A stretch of 64,000 nt of DNA. Source: Eledone cirrhosa (lineage: Eukaryota). The notes beneath the pieces are model-generated. The model was not told the origin of the DNA. It did not search any database and worked only from the letters and a program-made list of their open reading frames with translations. Below, in pieces: positions 31,655 through 44,500 of this stretch. Each line of letters begins with the position of its first letter. The stretch's first letter is position 1. Made by a program: the position numbers and the translations under genes. The stretch covers positions 9,858,001 to 9,922,000 of the forward strand of contig OZ024757.1 of the NCBI GenBank assembly GCA_964016885.1. Direction: 5' to 3'.

Positions 31655-34600
31655 ATGACCTCACTCAGAATAGGCAGCATAAATGCGCGTGGCTTGGGGT
31701 CGTCATGGAAGCAGGGCCACCTGCTCAACGACCTCAGGTCACTAAACATAGATGTAGTAGCCATCAGCGAGACCAGAATCTCCGAAGCACGGGCCTTCGC
31801 ACCGATCTTCGGTGGCTACGATGTGTACGCATCTCCCAGCCGTCCTGGATCGTGGGGTGGAGTTGCTGTGCTTTTTCGGAGAGGTTTTGATCTCGCCATA
31901 CGGGCCATCTTCCTGGGCGCAGAGGGTAAGTTGGTGGTGCTGGACGTGACCAGCGGAGACGGGCAAGCTTTCAGGCTAGTGGCCGTCTATGCCCCGACAG
32001 GAGCAGGGCGGCCTGATTTCTTCCGGCGTCTGGAGACCTTTCTTGGAACGTCCCGCTCTTTAGTGTTAGTGGGCGACTGGAACGGGATCTTAGATGCACG
32101 CTGGGACTGTGTGGGATTAGCGGATAGGGGAGGAGGGTGCAAGAGCCTCACCAACCTGCTCAGGCGTTTTGAACTGTCTGACAGGTACCGATTGGATTTC
32201 CAGAATGTGCTAATGTGGACTTGGACAAATCGCATAGGGTCATCCAGATCATATCTAGATAGAGTATTTTGTAGGGAAATAGATAGGTCTAGCATAGACT
32301 GTCGACAATTCAAGATGGTCAACTTCACGGACCACAAATTCGTGATCTGTGTGCTTGACTTAGATAGGCTTCATAGACGAGGACCCGGCTACTGGAAGCT
32401 AAACGCGTCCTTACCAGCGCGCAAGGCCTACAGAGAGCGGATGAGCGAACTAGTTAAGCGGGCATAGATGGGAGTCAACAACACGTGGTGGTTTGCTCTG
32501 AAAAAAGCGATTAGAATAGAGTCCATTAGGTTTAGTAAGGCTTTAGCAATAGAGAAAAATAGAGCAGAGGGGGAACTAGTTAGAAAATTAGACGAGGCGC
32601 TTAGCAAAGGCATCGCGACCGACGTGCTTGCGGCGGAATTGGTCCTTGACCAATACTTCAATGCAAAGCACGAGGGCTGCGTTGTCAGAGCTAGGGTGCG
32701 AAGGGACGAAAGCCGTTCAATGGGCTCGAGTGGCGGAGGCGCGTCATGGCAACAAAGCCACGATCCGGTCTTTGGTGGACCACGACGGGCGCATGCTACT
32801 CGATCCCTGGCAAATGTGTGAAGCTTTTCAGCGACACTTCGCTCAGCTGTTCAGGGGCAGCGGTGGGCCGGTTCGAAGGATGGACTTTAGTGTCTACCTC
32901 AACGGACTGCCGCGGCTCTCGGCCACTGAGGCAGAGTGTTGCGAAAAGCCGATAAAAGCCGCTGAAGTACGAGAGGCATGACTGGTTGCACAAGGGGTAA
33001 ATCGGCTGGTTTGGATGGTCTGCCCTATGAACTTTACGTACAGATGCCAGATTTGGCGGACGTCTACTTCAACTGGCAACATAACGGGAGAATTCCCAGC
33101 TCTGTGAGACGAGGAGCGGTGGCACTGCTGAGAAAGGATCCGAACAAGGGGGATATCATAGATAATTTCAGGCCCATAACTCTGCTAAACACAGAGTTCA
33201 AGATTTTGGCCAAAGTGCAAGCAAAGAGGTTGCGCTTATCGTTGGTGGTCTGGTGGGAGAGGTGCAGACATGCGCCATTCCCGACAGATCCATCCACGAC
33301 AATATCCACCTCATGCGATACATCGTAGAGAGGGTAGCTAGGGAACCTGGCACGGGTGGGTCTTTGATCAATTTAGATCAGTCGAAAGCTTTCGATAGGG
33401 TCTACCATCGTTACCTAGCGGCAGTCCTGAGGGCGGCTGGCTTTGGGTCCGTCTTCAGAGGCTAGATCGCTGCCATGCACAGCGACATCTGCTCTGTGGT
33501 GAGAGTGAACGGTCACCTGTCGGAACCGTTCAACATCATGCGCTCGGTCCGCCAAGGATGTCCCCTCTCGTCCCTCTTGTACGTATTGACTCTCGAGCCA
33601 TTACTGCACAAACTGGAGACATTTGAGGGGCGTCCCGCGCGAACTAGGATGCGGATGATCGGTGTCAGCATATGCGGAAGATGTCACCGTAGTGGTGTCG
33701 AACGCCAAGCACATCGAGGCGATCGGCACTACACTAAGAGAATACGAAGCGGTGACAGGAGCAATGATCAACCAGGAAAAGTCAGTGGGCCTGCAGCTCG
33801 GCACCTGGAGAGGCAGGTCCATGCCGTCCAACAGCGTCGTCGGACGCTGGACGGACGGACCGGTTAAATTGCTAGGTGTCTGGTTCGGTCCGGACCTCCA
33901 GACGGACAAAAACTGGGACGAGGTGATGAGCAGGGTGGCTTCGCTCACCCAGAAATGGACGGAGAGTAAGCTATCCCTGAAAGGTCGAGCGGAGGTGGCT
34001 AACGCGTACATCGTGTCTGTCATCTGCTACCGCCTGACCGTCGTACCTTGTCCTAAGCCTCGCCTGACTGCGCTGGAGCGTTTGCTCTTTCGCTTTTTGT
34101 GGAAGGGACGCGCTCCGATGATCAGGCGGTCCATCTGTTGTCAACACCCGCTACGTGGAGGACTGGGCATGCCGTGGCTGATGATGCGCAGGCACGCGCT
34201 CAGGCTACAACATCTCCACCTCTTCTTCGACGGTGATCAGGTGTGGTCGCCGTTTTCTAGACACGTATTTCCCCAGCTCGTTTCCTTGACGGAGCTGCAG
34301 TCCTGGGTCAAGCGAAGACGGAGAGGGAGCGCCTAGAGACTGGAATGTCTTCAGGCGCTCACAGCCATCGACCAATCGGGCAATGTGATCGGTGGAAACT
34401 CCACCTCGGCGTTCTATAGAGGATTAGTGGAGGGGAAGAGCGACGACGTACTTAGGGAAACTCTAGGCGTCGACGAAAATCAACTAGCCAATCTCTTCGG
34501 AAGAACTTTCGGGCCAGGGCCTAAGGACAACCTCCAGAAATCTCTGGCCTGGCAGTGCTACCAAGGAGCCTTGCCAGTTCGGGATAAACTCTACAGGCAT

Positions 34601-35038
34601 GGAGGTGCCGTCAACCGGGCATGTCCGAGATGCGCGCAGGGCGACGAAACCGTCCTGCACGCACTCGTCCAGTGTCCGAAAATTGCTGACTTGTGGGTTT
34701 ATGTCGAACACCTGCTGTCGCGTTTAGGACGGTTCCGGCTATCATCTGAGTCCATCGTGAGGATTGCCCCGCCTTCCTCCTTTAGCCGGGAAGGGCAGGC
34801 AGTTTTTATCTGTCTGGTGGCCATGGCGAAAGAGATAGTATGGTGGACACGTTTGAAAGGGCTGAAGACGAGCACTTACCTCTTCGGTGATGCTCTGATT
34901 GACTTTTTCAAATTTCATTTGAAAAGGAAAATCAGAGTAGAGAGGGAAGTGCTCTCTTCCCAGCATTTTGTTGAAAGATGGGTGAGAGAAGCAAGAATGG
35001 CCTGAGTGAATGGGCCTATTCTGAGTATGTGTCTGTAA
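31655..35038 (+). pseudogene. T4 ORF2 (APE-RT-CCHC), disrupted
   Basis: The APE domain is open to 32467. The RT has YAED in place of YADD. Several stops. Confidence 0.88.
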
Positions 35039-35281
35039 ATTAAAGGTGGAAAACTGGGAGAGGGCACTTGCCCTGGTGGTCAGGGCCACTGTGGTCTTTT
35101 AATGGGCTTTCTCCACAAATGTCCCTCGGAAGTCTCCCCCCTATTGGGGAATTTTTCTTTGTTATTTTATTTCATCCTCTGTTTTTTTACACGCAGAAAT
35201 GCCCATTTGTACCGTCCTGTATTGTCCTGTACTGTCCTTAATGTCTACTTTATGTAAACCTTTGTGGTTAATAAAGAAAAC

Positions 35282-35308
35282 ATTATTATTATTATTATTA
35301 TTATTATT
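35282..35308. repeat. (TTA)n spacer between T4 and T5
   Basis: Pure TTA run. Confidence 0.95.
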
Positions 35309-36771
35309 GAATGCTATGGTTGACGGAGGCTCGGCTCTGTAAGGTATTGTAAATTTTGAACACTATAACAATTGTAAATTGTTTAAAACTTTAACGAACT
35401 TGTAGACAAAAACACCCTCCTCCTCGTGAGAGGGGTCTTTCTGCCCATTATTTGGCCCTTCGGGGTTAAATAACTGCTTAATGGGTTTTTGTACCCAATA
35501 TTTATTTTAAACCCCAAAAAAACAACATGTCGACGAAAAAGAAATTTCATAGGTCACTCCCACTCATTCCGTCTTCTTTTTCCTCAATCATCACTACAGC
35601 AGAGAGAAGATTGTCTCTCTCCCTCCCTTCTTTAAATGTGTCTCTCTCCCTCCCTTCTCTTTCGCAAGCGACGAAAGAAAAGAAATGTCTCGTGCAAAGC
35701 GTGCAAGGTTTCTCCACGACGACGACGACAGCGACGAAACAGGTGTGCGGGAAATACGAAAACACAGTTCATTCGTCTGACGTCAGGAATAATAGTAGTA
35801 GCAGCCGTAATAACAACAGCAACAGTGACAATGAAAACAACAGTAGCAGCCGCAACAGCATCACCAGCAGCATAAACAACAAAAGCATTAGCAGCAGCAA
35901 CACCAACAACAACCACAGCAACAGCGGCGGAGGCAGTAGTCGTAGTACCTGCAGCAACAACAAAAGTAACAGCAGCTCTGACGACAACATCAACAACAGC
36001 AGCAAAGAAAAACCAATCTCATTTGCAGGTATTGCGAAAAACTTGGAAACAATCCTCATAACAAATGAGGAATTAGAGGAAGCGAAGAAGATGGTGACAA
36101 AGACTGGACACCGAGCAATCTGCAAGGCAGCGGAAAATTTTTTCGAAACCCAACAGCACTGTACGGTCACGTACCGTACAGTAAGTACAAAATCCCGTAA
36201 GGTGGAAAGAGCCACAGAGGCTCAAATACAAAAAGCCTTAGGGTCTGTGTGGCAGCGGAAAACGCACATCACCCGAGGCAAAAAATATGCCACCGTAGAC
36301 GTACTTTTTGCCACACCCCAGGAGGCAAAGGCCCAATCCGTAGTGTCCCTAAGGTGCGAGGAAATGGTGTTGGTGCCCTCATACTGCGGGAAAAAAATTG
36401 TGAGGGTCAAACTGACCCACGCCCCCCCCCCCCCCTCTCTTCCCAACATTTTGTTGAAAGATGGGTGAGAGAAGCAAGAATGGCCCGAGTGAATGGGCCT
36501 ACTCTGAGTATATATCTGTAAATTAAAGGTGGAAAACTGGGAGAAGGCACTTGCCTAGGTGGTCAGGGTCATTGTGGCCTTTTACTGGGCTTTCTCCACA
36601 AATGTCCCTCCGAAGTCTCCCCCCTATTGGGGAATTTTGCATTGTTATTTTTTGTTACATCCTCTGTTTTTGTTTTTTACACGCAGAAATGCCCATTTGT
36701 ACCGTCCTGTATTGTCCTGCACTGTCCTTAATGTCTACTTTATGTAAACCCTTGTGGTTAATAAAGAAATC
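35309..36771 (+). mobile_element. Tx1-like copy T5: internally deleted (about 1.46 kb) non-autonomous derivative
   Basis: It has an intact 5' UTR and the ORF1 N-half (35527-). At the poly-C (36422-36435) it jumps to the last ~85 nt of ORF2 and the full 3' UTR. Confidence 0.9.
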
Positions 36772-36834
36772 ATTATTATTATTATTATTATTATTGTTGT
36801 TATTATTATTATTATTATTACTATTACTATTACT
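36772..36834. repeat. (TTA)n run, slightly degenerate; tail-to-tail junction of T5 and A4
   Basis: TTA with TTG/CTA variants. Confidence 0.93.
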
Positions 36835-38551
36835 CTTTGAGTCTCAGTCATTGATGTTAGTCAACTGGAAAGTTTGTTGAAATGAATATCAAGCCACTAC
36901 CTGCAGCCTCAGATATTCAGGACGTATCGCACGGTTGTTGCTGTTCCCAGCAAGCATGCCTTTTGAAGAGTTCCAAAAAGCGTGTAGGGGCCACTTTTCT
37001 TTAACCATCTCTGGAAACCTTTTGAGATAGTCCCTTGTGCGCCTATGACAATCGGGATCACTTTGACTTCATGGCAGTTCCAAATCCTTTTTACCCACTT
37101 TAAGTCCTGGTATCGGTTAATTTTCTCCCTCTCCTTCTCTTGCACTCTCGTGTCGAATGGGCAGGCCACATCTACAATCAGTCACGATCTTTTTTCTTTG
37201 TCCACAACCACCAGGTCAGGTCTATTGTGTTCCAGTTTATTGTCCGTCTGTATCCTAACGTCCCACAGCACCTTCACCTGAGCGTTTTCTATCACCGACT
37301 CTGGCTTATGCTCATACCACTTCTCAGAATGTGGTAAATTGTTTACTTTGCATAGGTGCCAGTGGATCACCCTGCCCATCACATCATGTCTCCAGCCCTT
37401 ATAGTGAGTCTGGGCTAGGTGTTTACACTCGGATACAATGTGAGCCACAGTCTCGTCTCTCTCCCCACAGATCCTGCACAGTGGGCTAGCCTCCTCCTTG
37501 TAAATATGGTGTTTCAACCACTTCGCTTTTAGGGCCTGCTCCTGCGCAGCCATTAACATTCCTTCTGTAGCCTTTTTAAGGTCTCCTCTTTTCAACCAGT
37601 TCCATGTCTGTGGATCTCTAAATTCAGTTTTCTCAAAGAAGGTACTATGAAGGGATTTTTCCTGAAGGCTGCTCTTTCTCCTTGATGTTATTTCCTCCTT
37701 GGACATCCGCTGGCCTATTGTCCCCTCCTTCAGTACAGTTCTGAGCATTGGCTCCTTACTATCAGTCACGTATTTGTGTAGGTTGTTTTTCTCCATCTGA
37801 ACACAGTCCTCTATGCTGACAAGACCCCTTCCACCTTCAGATCTCCTTAAGTAGAGTCTATCGACATCACTCCTCTTGTGGAACATATTTTAGATAGTCA
37901 ATAGCTTCCTAGTCTTCCTATCAATTTCTTTTTGTTCAGCAACATTCCATCTCAGAATTCCAGCACTGTACCTAATAATAGACACAGCTCGGGAATTTAC
38001 TGCACTTATGGCATTCCTACTGTTCAGATGTGACTTTAATACGCTCCTTACTCTCCGAAGGTATTCAGTTCTTATCAATTCCTTCATGTTTTTGTTCTTG
38101 ATGTCATCAGCCTCCAGAACACCCAAATACTTGTATAATTCTTCAGAGTCAATTTCATTTATCATCTCACCTGTTGGTACCTGGATTCCGTTACTTCTGC
38201 TCAACTTACCCCTCTTCATCACAATGACTCCACACTTACTAATACCAAATTGCATACATATATCATTGCTGAAAATACGGACAGTGTCAACAAGCACGTC
38301 CACTTCTTCCCGAAGAGCTTAAGATCGTCTGTGAAGGGGAGGTGATTGATGGTAAGCCCTCCCTTTCCCAACCTGTATCCTGCTCTCACTTTTCGCAGTA
38401 CACTGGTCAGGGGCATCAGGGCAAGCACAAACAGCAGAAGGGAGAGACTATCTCCCTGGAAGATACCTCTCTTGATCTTCACGCTTCCCAAGGATTCTCC
38501 AGTTGATGTTAACTCTGTTTCCCAGGACTTCATACTTTTGCCCAACAACTG
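36835..38551 (-). mobile_element. R4/Dong-like family A, copy A4 (more diverged; cut inside the RT at the satellite junction)
   Basis: ORF fragments 38219-38548 (FQGDSLS, FTDD), 37890-38303, 37182-37886 (CCHC, RPDL) and 36909-37169. The 3' UTR matches 1401-1480. Confidence 0.88.
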
Positions 38552-41500
38552 GGGCTAAGTTAAGTTGGGTTAAGTTAAGTTGGGGTTAAGTTATGTTGGG
38601 GTTAACTTAAGTTGGGGTTAACTTAAGTTCGGGTTAACTTAAGTTCGGGTTAACTTAAGTTCGGGTTAAGTTAAGTTGGGGTTAACTTAAGTTGGGGTTA
38701 AGTCAAGTTGGGGTTAAATCAAGTTGGGGGTAAGTTAAGTTGGAGTTAAGTTAAGTTGGGGTTAAGGTAAGTTGGGGTTAAGTTAAGTTGGGGTTAAGTT
38801 AAGTTGGGGTTAAGTTAAGTTGGGATTAAGTCAAGTTGGGGTTAAGTCAAGTTGGGTTAAGTCAAGTTGGGGTTAAGTCAAGTTGGGGTTAAGTTAAGTT
38901 GGGGTTAAGTTGGGGTTAAGTTAAGTTTGGGTTAAGTTAAGTTGGGGTTAAGTTAAGTTGGGGGTAAGTTAAGTTAGGGGTAATTTAAGTTGGGGTTAAG
39001 GTAAGTTGGGGTTAAGTTAAGTTGGGGTTAAGTTAAGTTGGGTTTAAGTTAAGTTGGGATTAAGTCAAGTTGGGGTTAAGTCAATTGGGGTTAAGTCAAG
39101 TTGGGGTTAATTCAAGTTGGGGTTAAGTCAAGTTGGGGTTAAGTCAAGTTGAGGCTAAGTTAAGTTGGGGTTACGTTAAGTTGGGGTTAAGTTGGGGTTA
39201 AGATAAGTTGGGGTTAAGATAAGTTGGGGTTAAGTTAAGTTGGGTTTAAGTTAAGTTGGGATTAAGTCAAGTTGGGGTTAAATCAAGTTGGGGTTAAGTC
39301 AAGTTGGGGTTAAGTCAAGTTGGGGTTAAGTCAAGTTGGGGTTAAGTCAAGTTGGGATTAAGTCAAGTTGGGGTTAAGTTAAGTTGGGGTTAAGTTATTT
39401 TGGGGTTAAGTTAAGTTGGGGTTAAATTAAGTTGGGGGTAAGTTAAGTTGGGGGTAAGTTAAGTTGGGGGTAAGTTAAGTTGGGGTTAAGTTAAGTTGGG
39501 GTTAAGTTAAGTTGGTGTTAAGTCAAGTTGGGGTTAAGTCAAGTTGGGTCTAAGTTAAGTTGGGCTTAAGTTAAGTTGGGGTTAATTTAAGTTGGGGTTA
39601 AGTTGGGGTTAAGTTAAGTTGGGGTTAAGTTAAGTTGGGGTTAAGTTAAGTTGGGGGTAAGTTAAGTTGGGGGTAAGTTAAGTTGGGGTTAAGTTAAGTT
39701 GGGGTTAAGTTAAGTTGGGGTTAAGTTAAGTTCGGATTGAGTCAAGTGTGGGGTTAAGTCAAGTTGGGGTTAAGTCAAGTTGGGTTTAAGTTAAGTTGGG
39801 GTTAAGTTAAGTTGGGGTTAAGTTAAGTTGGTGTTAAGTTAAGTTGGGGTTAAGTTAAGTTGGGGTTAAGTTAATATGGGGTTAAGTTAAGTTGGGGTTA
39901 AGTTAAGTTGGGGTTAAGTCAAGTTGGGGTTAAGTCAAGTTGGGGTTAAGTTAAGTTGGGGTTAAGTTAAGTTGGGGTTAATTTAAGTTGGGGGTAAGTT
40001 AATTAAGTCGGGGGTAATTTAAGTTGGGGGTAAGTTAAGCTGGGGTTAAGTTAAGTTGGGGTTAAGTTAAGTTGGGGTTAAGTAAAGTAGGGGTTAAGTT
40101 AAGTTGGGGTTAAGTTGGGGTTAAGTTAAGTTGGGGTTAAGTTAATTTGGGGTTAAGTTAAGTTGGGGTTAAGTTAAGTTGGGGTTAAGTTAAGTTGGGG
40201 GTAAGTTAAGTTAGGGGTAAGTTAAGTTGGGGTTAAGTTAAGTTGGGGTTAAGTTAAGTTGGGGATAAGTTAAGTTGGGGTTAATTTAAGTTGGGGTTAA
40301 GTTAAGTTGGGGTTAAGGTAAGTTGGGGTTAAGTTAAGTTGGGGTTAAGTTAAGTTGGGGTTACGTTAAGTTGGGGTTAAGTTAAGTTGGGGTTAAGTTA
40401 AGTTGGGATTAAGTCAAGTTGGGGTTAAGTCAAGTTGGGGTTAAGTCAAGTTGGGGTTAAGTCAAGTTTGGGTTAAGTTAAGTTGGGGTTAAGTTAAGTT
40501 GGGGTTAAGTTAAGTTGGGGTTAAGTTAAGTTGGAATTAAGTCAAGTTGGGGTTAAATCAAGTTGGGGTTAAGTCAAGTTGGGTTTAAGTTAAGTTGGGG
40601 TTCAGTTAAGTTGGGGCTAAGTTAAGTTGGGGTTAAGTTGGGGTTAAGTTAAGTTGGGGTTAAATCAAGTTGGGGTTAACTCAAGTTGGGGTTAAGTCAA
40701 TTTGGGGTTAAGTCAAATTGGGATTAAGTCAAGTTGGGGTTAAGTCAAGTTGGGGTTAAGTTAAGTTGGGGTTAAGTTAAGTTGGGGTTAAGTTAAGTTG
40801 GGGTTAAATTAAGTTGGGGGTAAGTTAATTAAGTCGGGGGTAATTTAAGTTGGGGGTAAGTTAAGCTGGGGTTAAGTTAAGTGGGGTTAAGTTAAGTTGG
40901 GGTTAAGTTAAGTAGGGGTTAAGTTAAGTTGGGGTTAAGTTGGGGTTAATTTAAGTTGGGGTTAAGTTAAGTTGGGGTTAAGTTAAGTTGGGGATAAGTT
41001 AAGTTGGGGTTAATTTAAGTTGGGGTTAAGTTATGTTGGGGTTAAGGTAAGTTGGGGTTAAGTTAAGTTGGGGTTAAGTTAAGTTGGGGTTACGTTAAGT
41101 TGGGGATAAGTTAAGTTGGGGTTAAGTTAAGTTGGGATTAAGTCAAGTTGGGGTTAAGTCAAGTTGGGGTTAAGTCAAGTTGGGGTTAAGTCAAGTTTGG
41201 GTTAAGTTAAGTTGGGGTTAAGTTAAGTTGGGGTTAAGTTAAGTTAGGGGTAATTTAAGTTGGGGTTAAGTTAAGTTGGGGTTAAGGTAAGTTGGGGTTA
41301 AGTTAAGTTGGGGTTAAGTTAAGTTGGGGGTAAGTTAAGTTAGGGGTAAGTCAAGTTGGGGTTAAATCAAGTTGGGTTTAAGTTAAGTTGGGGTTCAGTT
41401 AAGTTGGGGCTAAGTTAAGTTGGGGTTAAGTTGGGGTTAAGTTAAGTTGGGGTTAAGTTAAGTTGGGGTTAAGGTAAGTTGGGGTTAAGTTAAGTTGGGG

Positions 41501-44500
41501 TTAAGTTAAGTTGGGGGTAAGTTAAGTTAGGGGTAAGTCAAGTTGGGGTTAAATCAAGTTGGGTTTAAGTTAAGTTGGGGTTCAGTTAAGTTGGGGCTAA
41601 GTTAAGTTGGGGTTAAGTTGGGGTTAAGTTAATTTGGGGTTACGTTAAGTTGGGGTTAAGTTAAGTTGGGGGTAAGTTAAGTTAGGGGTAATTTAAGTTG
41701 GGGTTAAGTTAAGTTGGGGTGAAGGTAAGTTGGGGTTAAGTTAAGTTGGGGTTAAGTTAAGTTGGGGGTAAGTTGGGGTTAAGTTAAGTTGGGGTTAAGT
41801 TAATTTGGGGTTAAGTTAAGTTGGGGTTAAGTTAAGTTGGGGTTAAGTTAAGTTGGGGGTAAGTTAAGTTAGGGGTAAGTTAAGTTGGGGTTAAGTTAAG
41901 TTGGGGTTAAGTTAAGTTGGGGATAAGTTAAGTTGGGGTTAATTTAAGTTGGGGTTAAGTTAAGTTGGGGTTAAGGTAAGTTGGGGTTAAGTTAAGTTGG
42001 GGTTAAGTTAAGTTGGGGTTACGTTAAGTTGGGGTTAAGTTAAGTTGGGGTTAAGTTAAGTTGGGATTAAGTCAAGTTGGGGTTAAGTCAAGTTGGGGTT
42101 AAGTCAAGTTGGGGTTAAGTCAAGTTTGGGTTAAGTTAAGTTGGGGTTAAGTTAAGTTGGGGTTAAGTTAAGTTGGAATTAAGTCAAGTTGGGTTTAAAT
42201 CAAGTTGGGGTTAAGTCAAGTTGGGTTTAAGTTAAGTTGGGGTTCAGTTAAGTTGGGGCTAAGTTAAGTTGGGGTTAAGTTGGGGTTAAGTTAAGTTGGG
42301 GTTAAATCAAGTTGGGGTTAACTCAAGTTGGGGTTAAGTCAAGTTGGGGTTAAGTCAAATTGGGATTAAGTCAAGTTGGGGTTAAGTCAAGTTGGGGTTA
42401 AGTTAAGTTGGGGTTAAGTTAAGTTGGGGTTAAGTTAAGTTGGGGTTAAATTAAGTTGGGGGTAAGTTAATTAAGTCGGGGGTAATTTAAGTTGGGGGTA
42501 AGTTAAGCTGGGGTTAAGTTAAGTTGGGGTTAAGTTAAGTTGGGGTTAAGTTAAGTAGGGGTTAAGTTAAGTTGGGGTTAAGTTGGGGTTAATTTAAGTT
42601 GGGGTTAAGTTAAGTTGGGGTTAAGTTAAGTTGGGGATAAGTTAAGTTGGGGTTAATTTAAGTTGGGGTTAAGTTATGTTGGGGTTAAGGTAAGTTGGGG
42701 TTAAGTTAAGTTGGGGTTAAGTTAAGTTGGGGTTACGTTAAGTTGGGGATAAGTTAAGTTGGGGTTAAGTTAAGTTGGGATTAAGTCAAGTTGGGGTTAA
42801 GTCAAGTTGGGGTTAAGTCAAGTTGGGGTTAAGTCAAGTTTGGGTTAAGTTAAGTTGGGGTTAAGTTAAGTTAGGGGTAATTTAAGTTGGGGTTAAGTTA
42901 AGTTGGGGTTAAGGTAAGTTGGGGTTAAGTTAAGTTGGGGTTAAGTTAAGTTGGGGGTAAGTTAAGTTAGGGGTAAGTCAAGTTGGGGTTAAATCAAGTT
43001 GGGTTTAAGTTAAGTTGGGGTTCAGTTAAGTTGGGGCTAAGTTAAGTTGGGGTTAAGTTGGGGTTAAGTTAAGTTGGGGTTAAGTTAAGTTGGGGTTAAG
43101 GTAAGTTGGGTTTAAGTTAAGTTGGGGTTCAGTTAAGTTGGGGCTAAGTTAAGTTGGGGTTAAGTTGGGGTTAAGTTAATTTGGGGTTACGTTAAGTTGG
43201 GGTTAAGTTAAGTTGGGGGTAAGTTAAGTTAGGGGTAATTTAAGTTGGGGTTAAGTTAAGTTGGGGTTAAGGTAAGTTGGGGTTAAGTTAAGTTGGGGTT
43301 AATTTAAGTTGGGGGTAAGTTAATTAAGTCGGGGGTAATTTAAGTTGGGGGTAAGTTAAGCTGGGGTTAAGTTAAGTTGGGGTTAAGTTAAGTTGGGGTT
43401 AAGTAAAGTAGGGGTTAAGTTAAGTTGGGGTTAAGTTGGGGTTAAGTTAAGTTGGGGTTAAGTTAATTTGGGGTTAAGTTAAGTTGGGGTTAAGTTAAGT
43501 TGGGGTTAAGTTAAGTTGGGGGTAAGTTAAGTTAGGGGTAAGTTAAGTTGGGGTTAAGTTAAGTTGGGGTTAAGTTAAGTTGGGGATAAGTTAAGTTGGG
43601 GTTAATTTAAGTTGGGGTTAAGTTAAGTTGGGGTTAAGGTAAGTTGGGGTTAAGTTAAGTTGGGATTAAGTCAAGTTGGGGTTAAGTCAAGTTGGGGTTA
43701 AGTCAAGTTGGGGTTAAGTCAAGTTTGGGTTAAGTTAAGTTGGGGTTAAGTTAAGTTGGGGTTAAGTTAAGTTGGGGTTAAGTTAAGTTGGAATTAAGTC
43801 AAGTTGGGGTTAAATCAAGTTGGGGTTAAGTCAAGTTGGGTTTAAGTTAAGTTGGGGTTCAGTTAAGTTGGGGCTAAGTTAAGTTGGGGTTAAGTTGGGG
43901 TTAAGTTAAGTTGGGGTTAAATCAAGTTGGGGTTAACTCAAGTTGGGGTTAAGTCAAGTTGGGGTTAAATCAAATTGGGATTAAGTCAAGTTGGGGTTAA
44001 GTCAAGTTGGGGTTAAGTTAAGTTGGGGTTAAGTTAAGTTGGGGTTAAGTTAAGTTGGGGTTAAATTAAGTTGGGGGTAAGTTAATTAAGTCGGGGGTAA
44101 TTTAAGTTGGGGGTAAGTTAAGCTGGGGTTAAGTTAAGTGGGGTTAAGTTAAGTTGGGGTTAAGTTAAGTAGGGGTTAAGTTAAGTTGGGGTTAAGTTGG
44201 GGTTAATTTAAGTTGGGGTTAAGTTAAGTTGGGGTTAAGTTAAGTTGGGGATAAGTTAAGTTGGGGTTAATTTAAGTTGGGGTTAAGTTATGTTGGGGTT
44301 AAGGTAAGTTGGGGTTAAGTTAAGTTGGGGTTAAGTTAAGTTGGGGTTACGTTAAGTTGGGGATAAGTTAAGTTGGGGTTAAGTTAAGTTGGGATTAAGT
44401 CAAGTTGGGGTTAAGTCAAGTTGGGGTTAAGTCAAGTTGGGGTTAAGTCAAGTTTGGGTTAAGTTAAGTTGGGGTTAAGTTAAGTTGGGGTTAAGTTAAG

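Larger units (their letters stand above)
29288..35281 (+). mobile_element. Tx1-like copy T4 (full length, disrupted)
   Basis: 5' GTATGCCATGGTTGACGGAGGC; 3' AATAAAGAAAAC followed by (ATT)n; colinear with T1 and T2. Confidence 0.9.

Noticed and set aside
17375-36771. HeT-A/TART-style terminal transposition by the head-to-tail Tx1 copies
   Set aside because: Their 3' tails face the telomere-like array, the opposite of HeT-A polarity, and they retain an endonuclease. Insertion into TTA runs explains the tandem arrangement.
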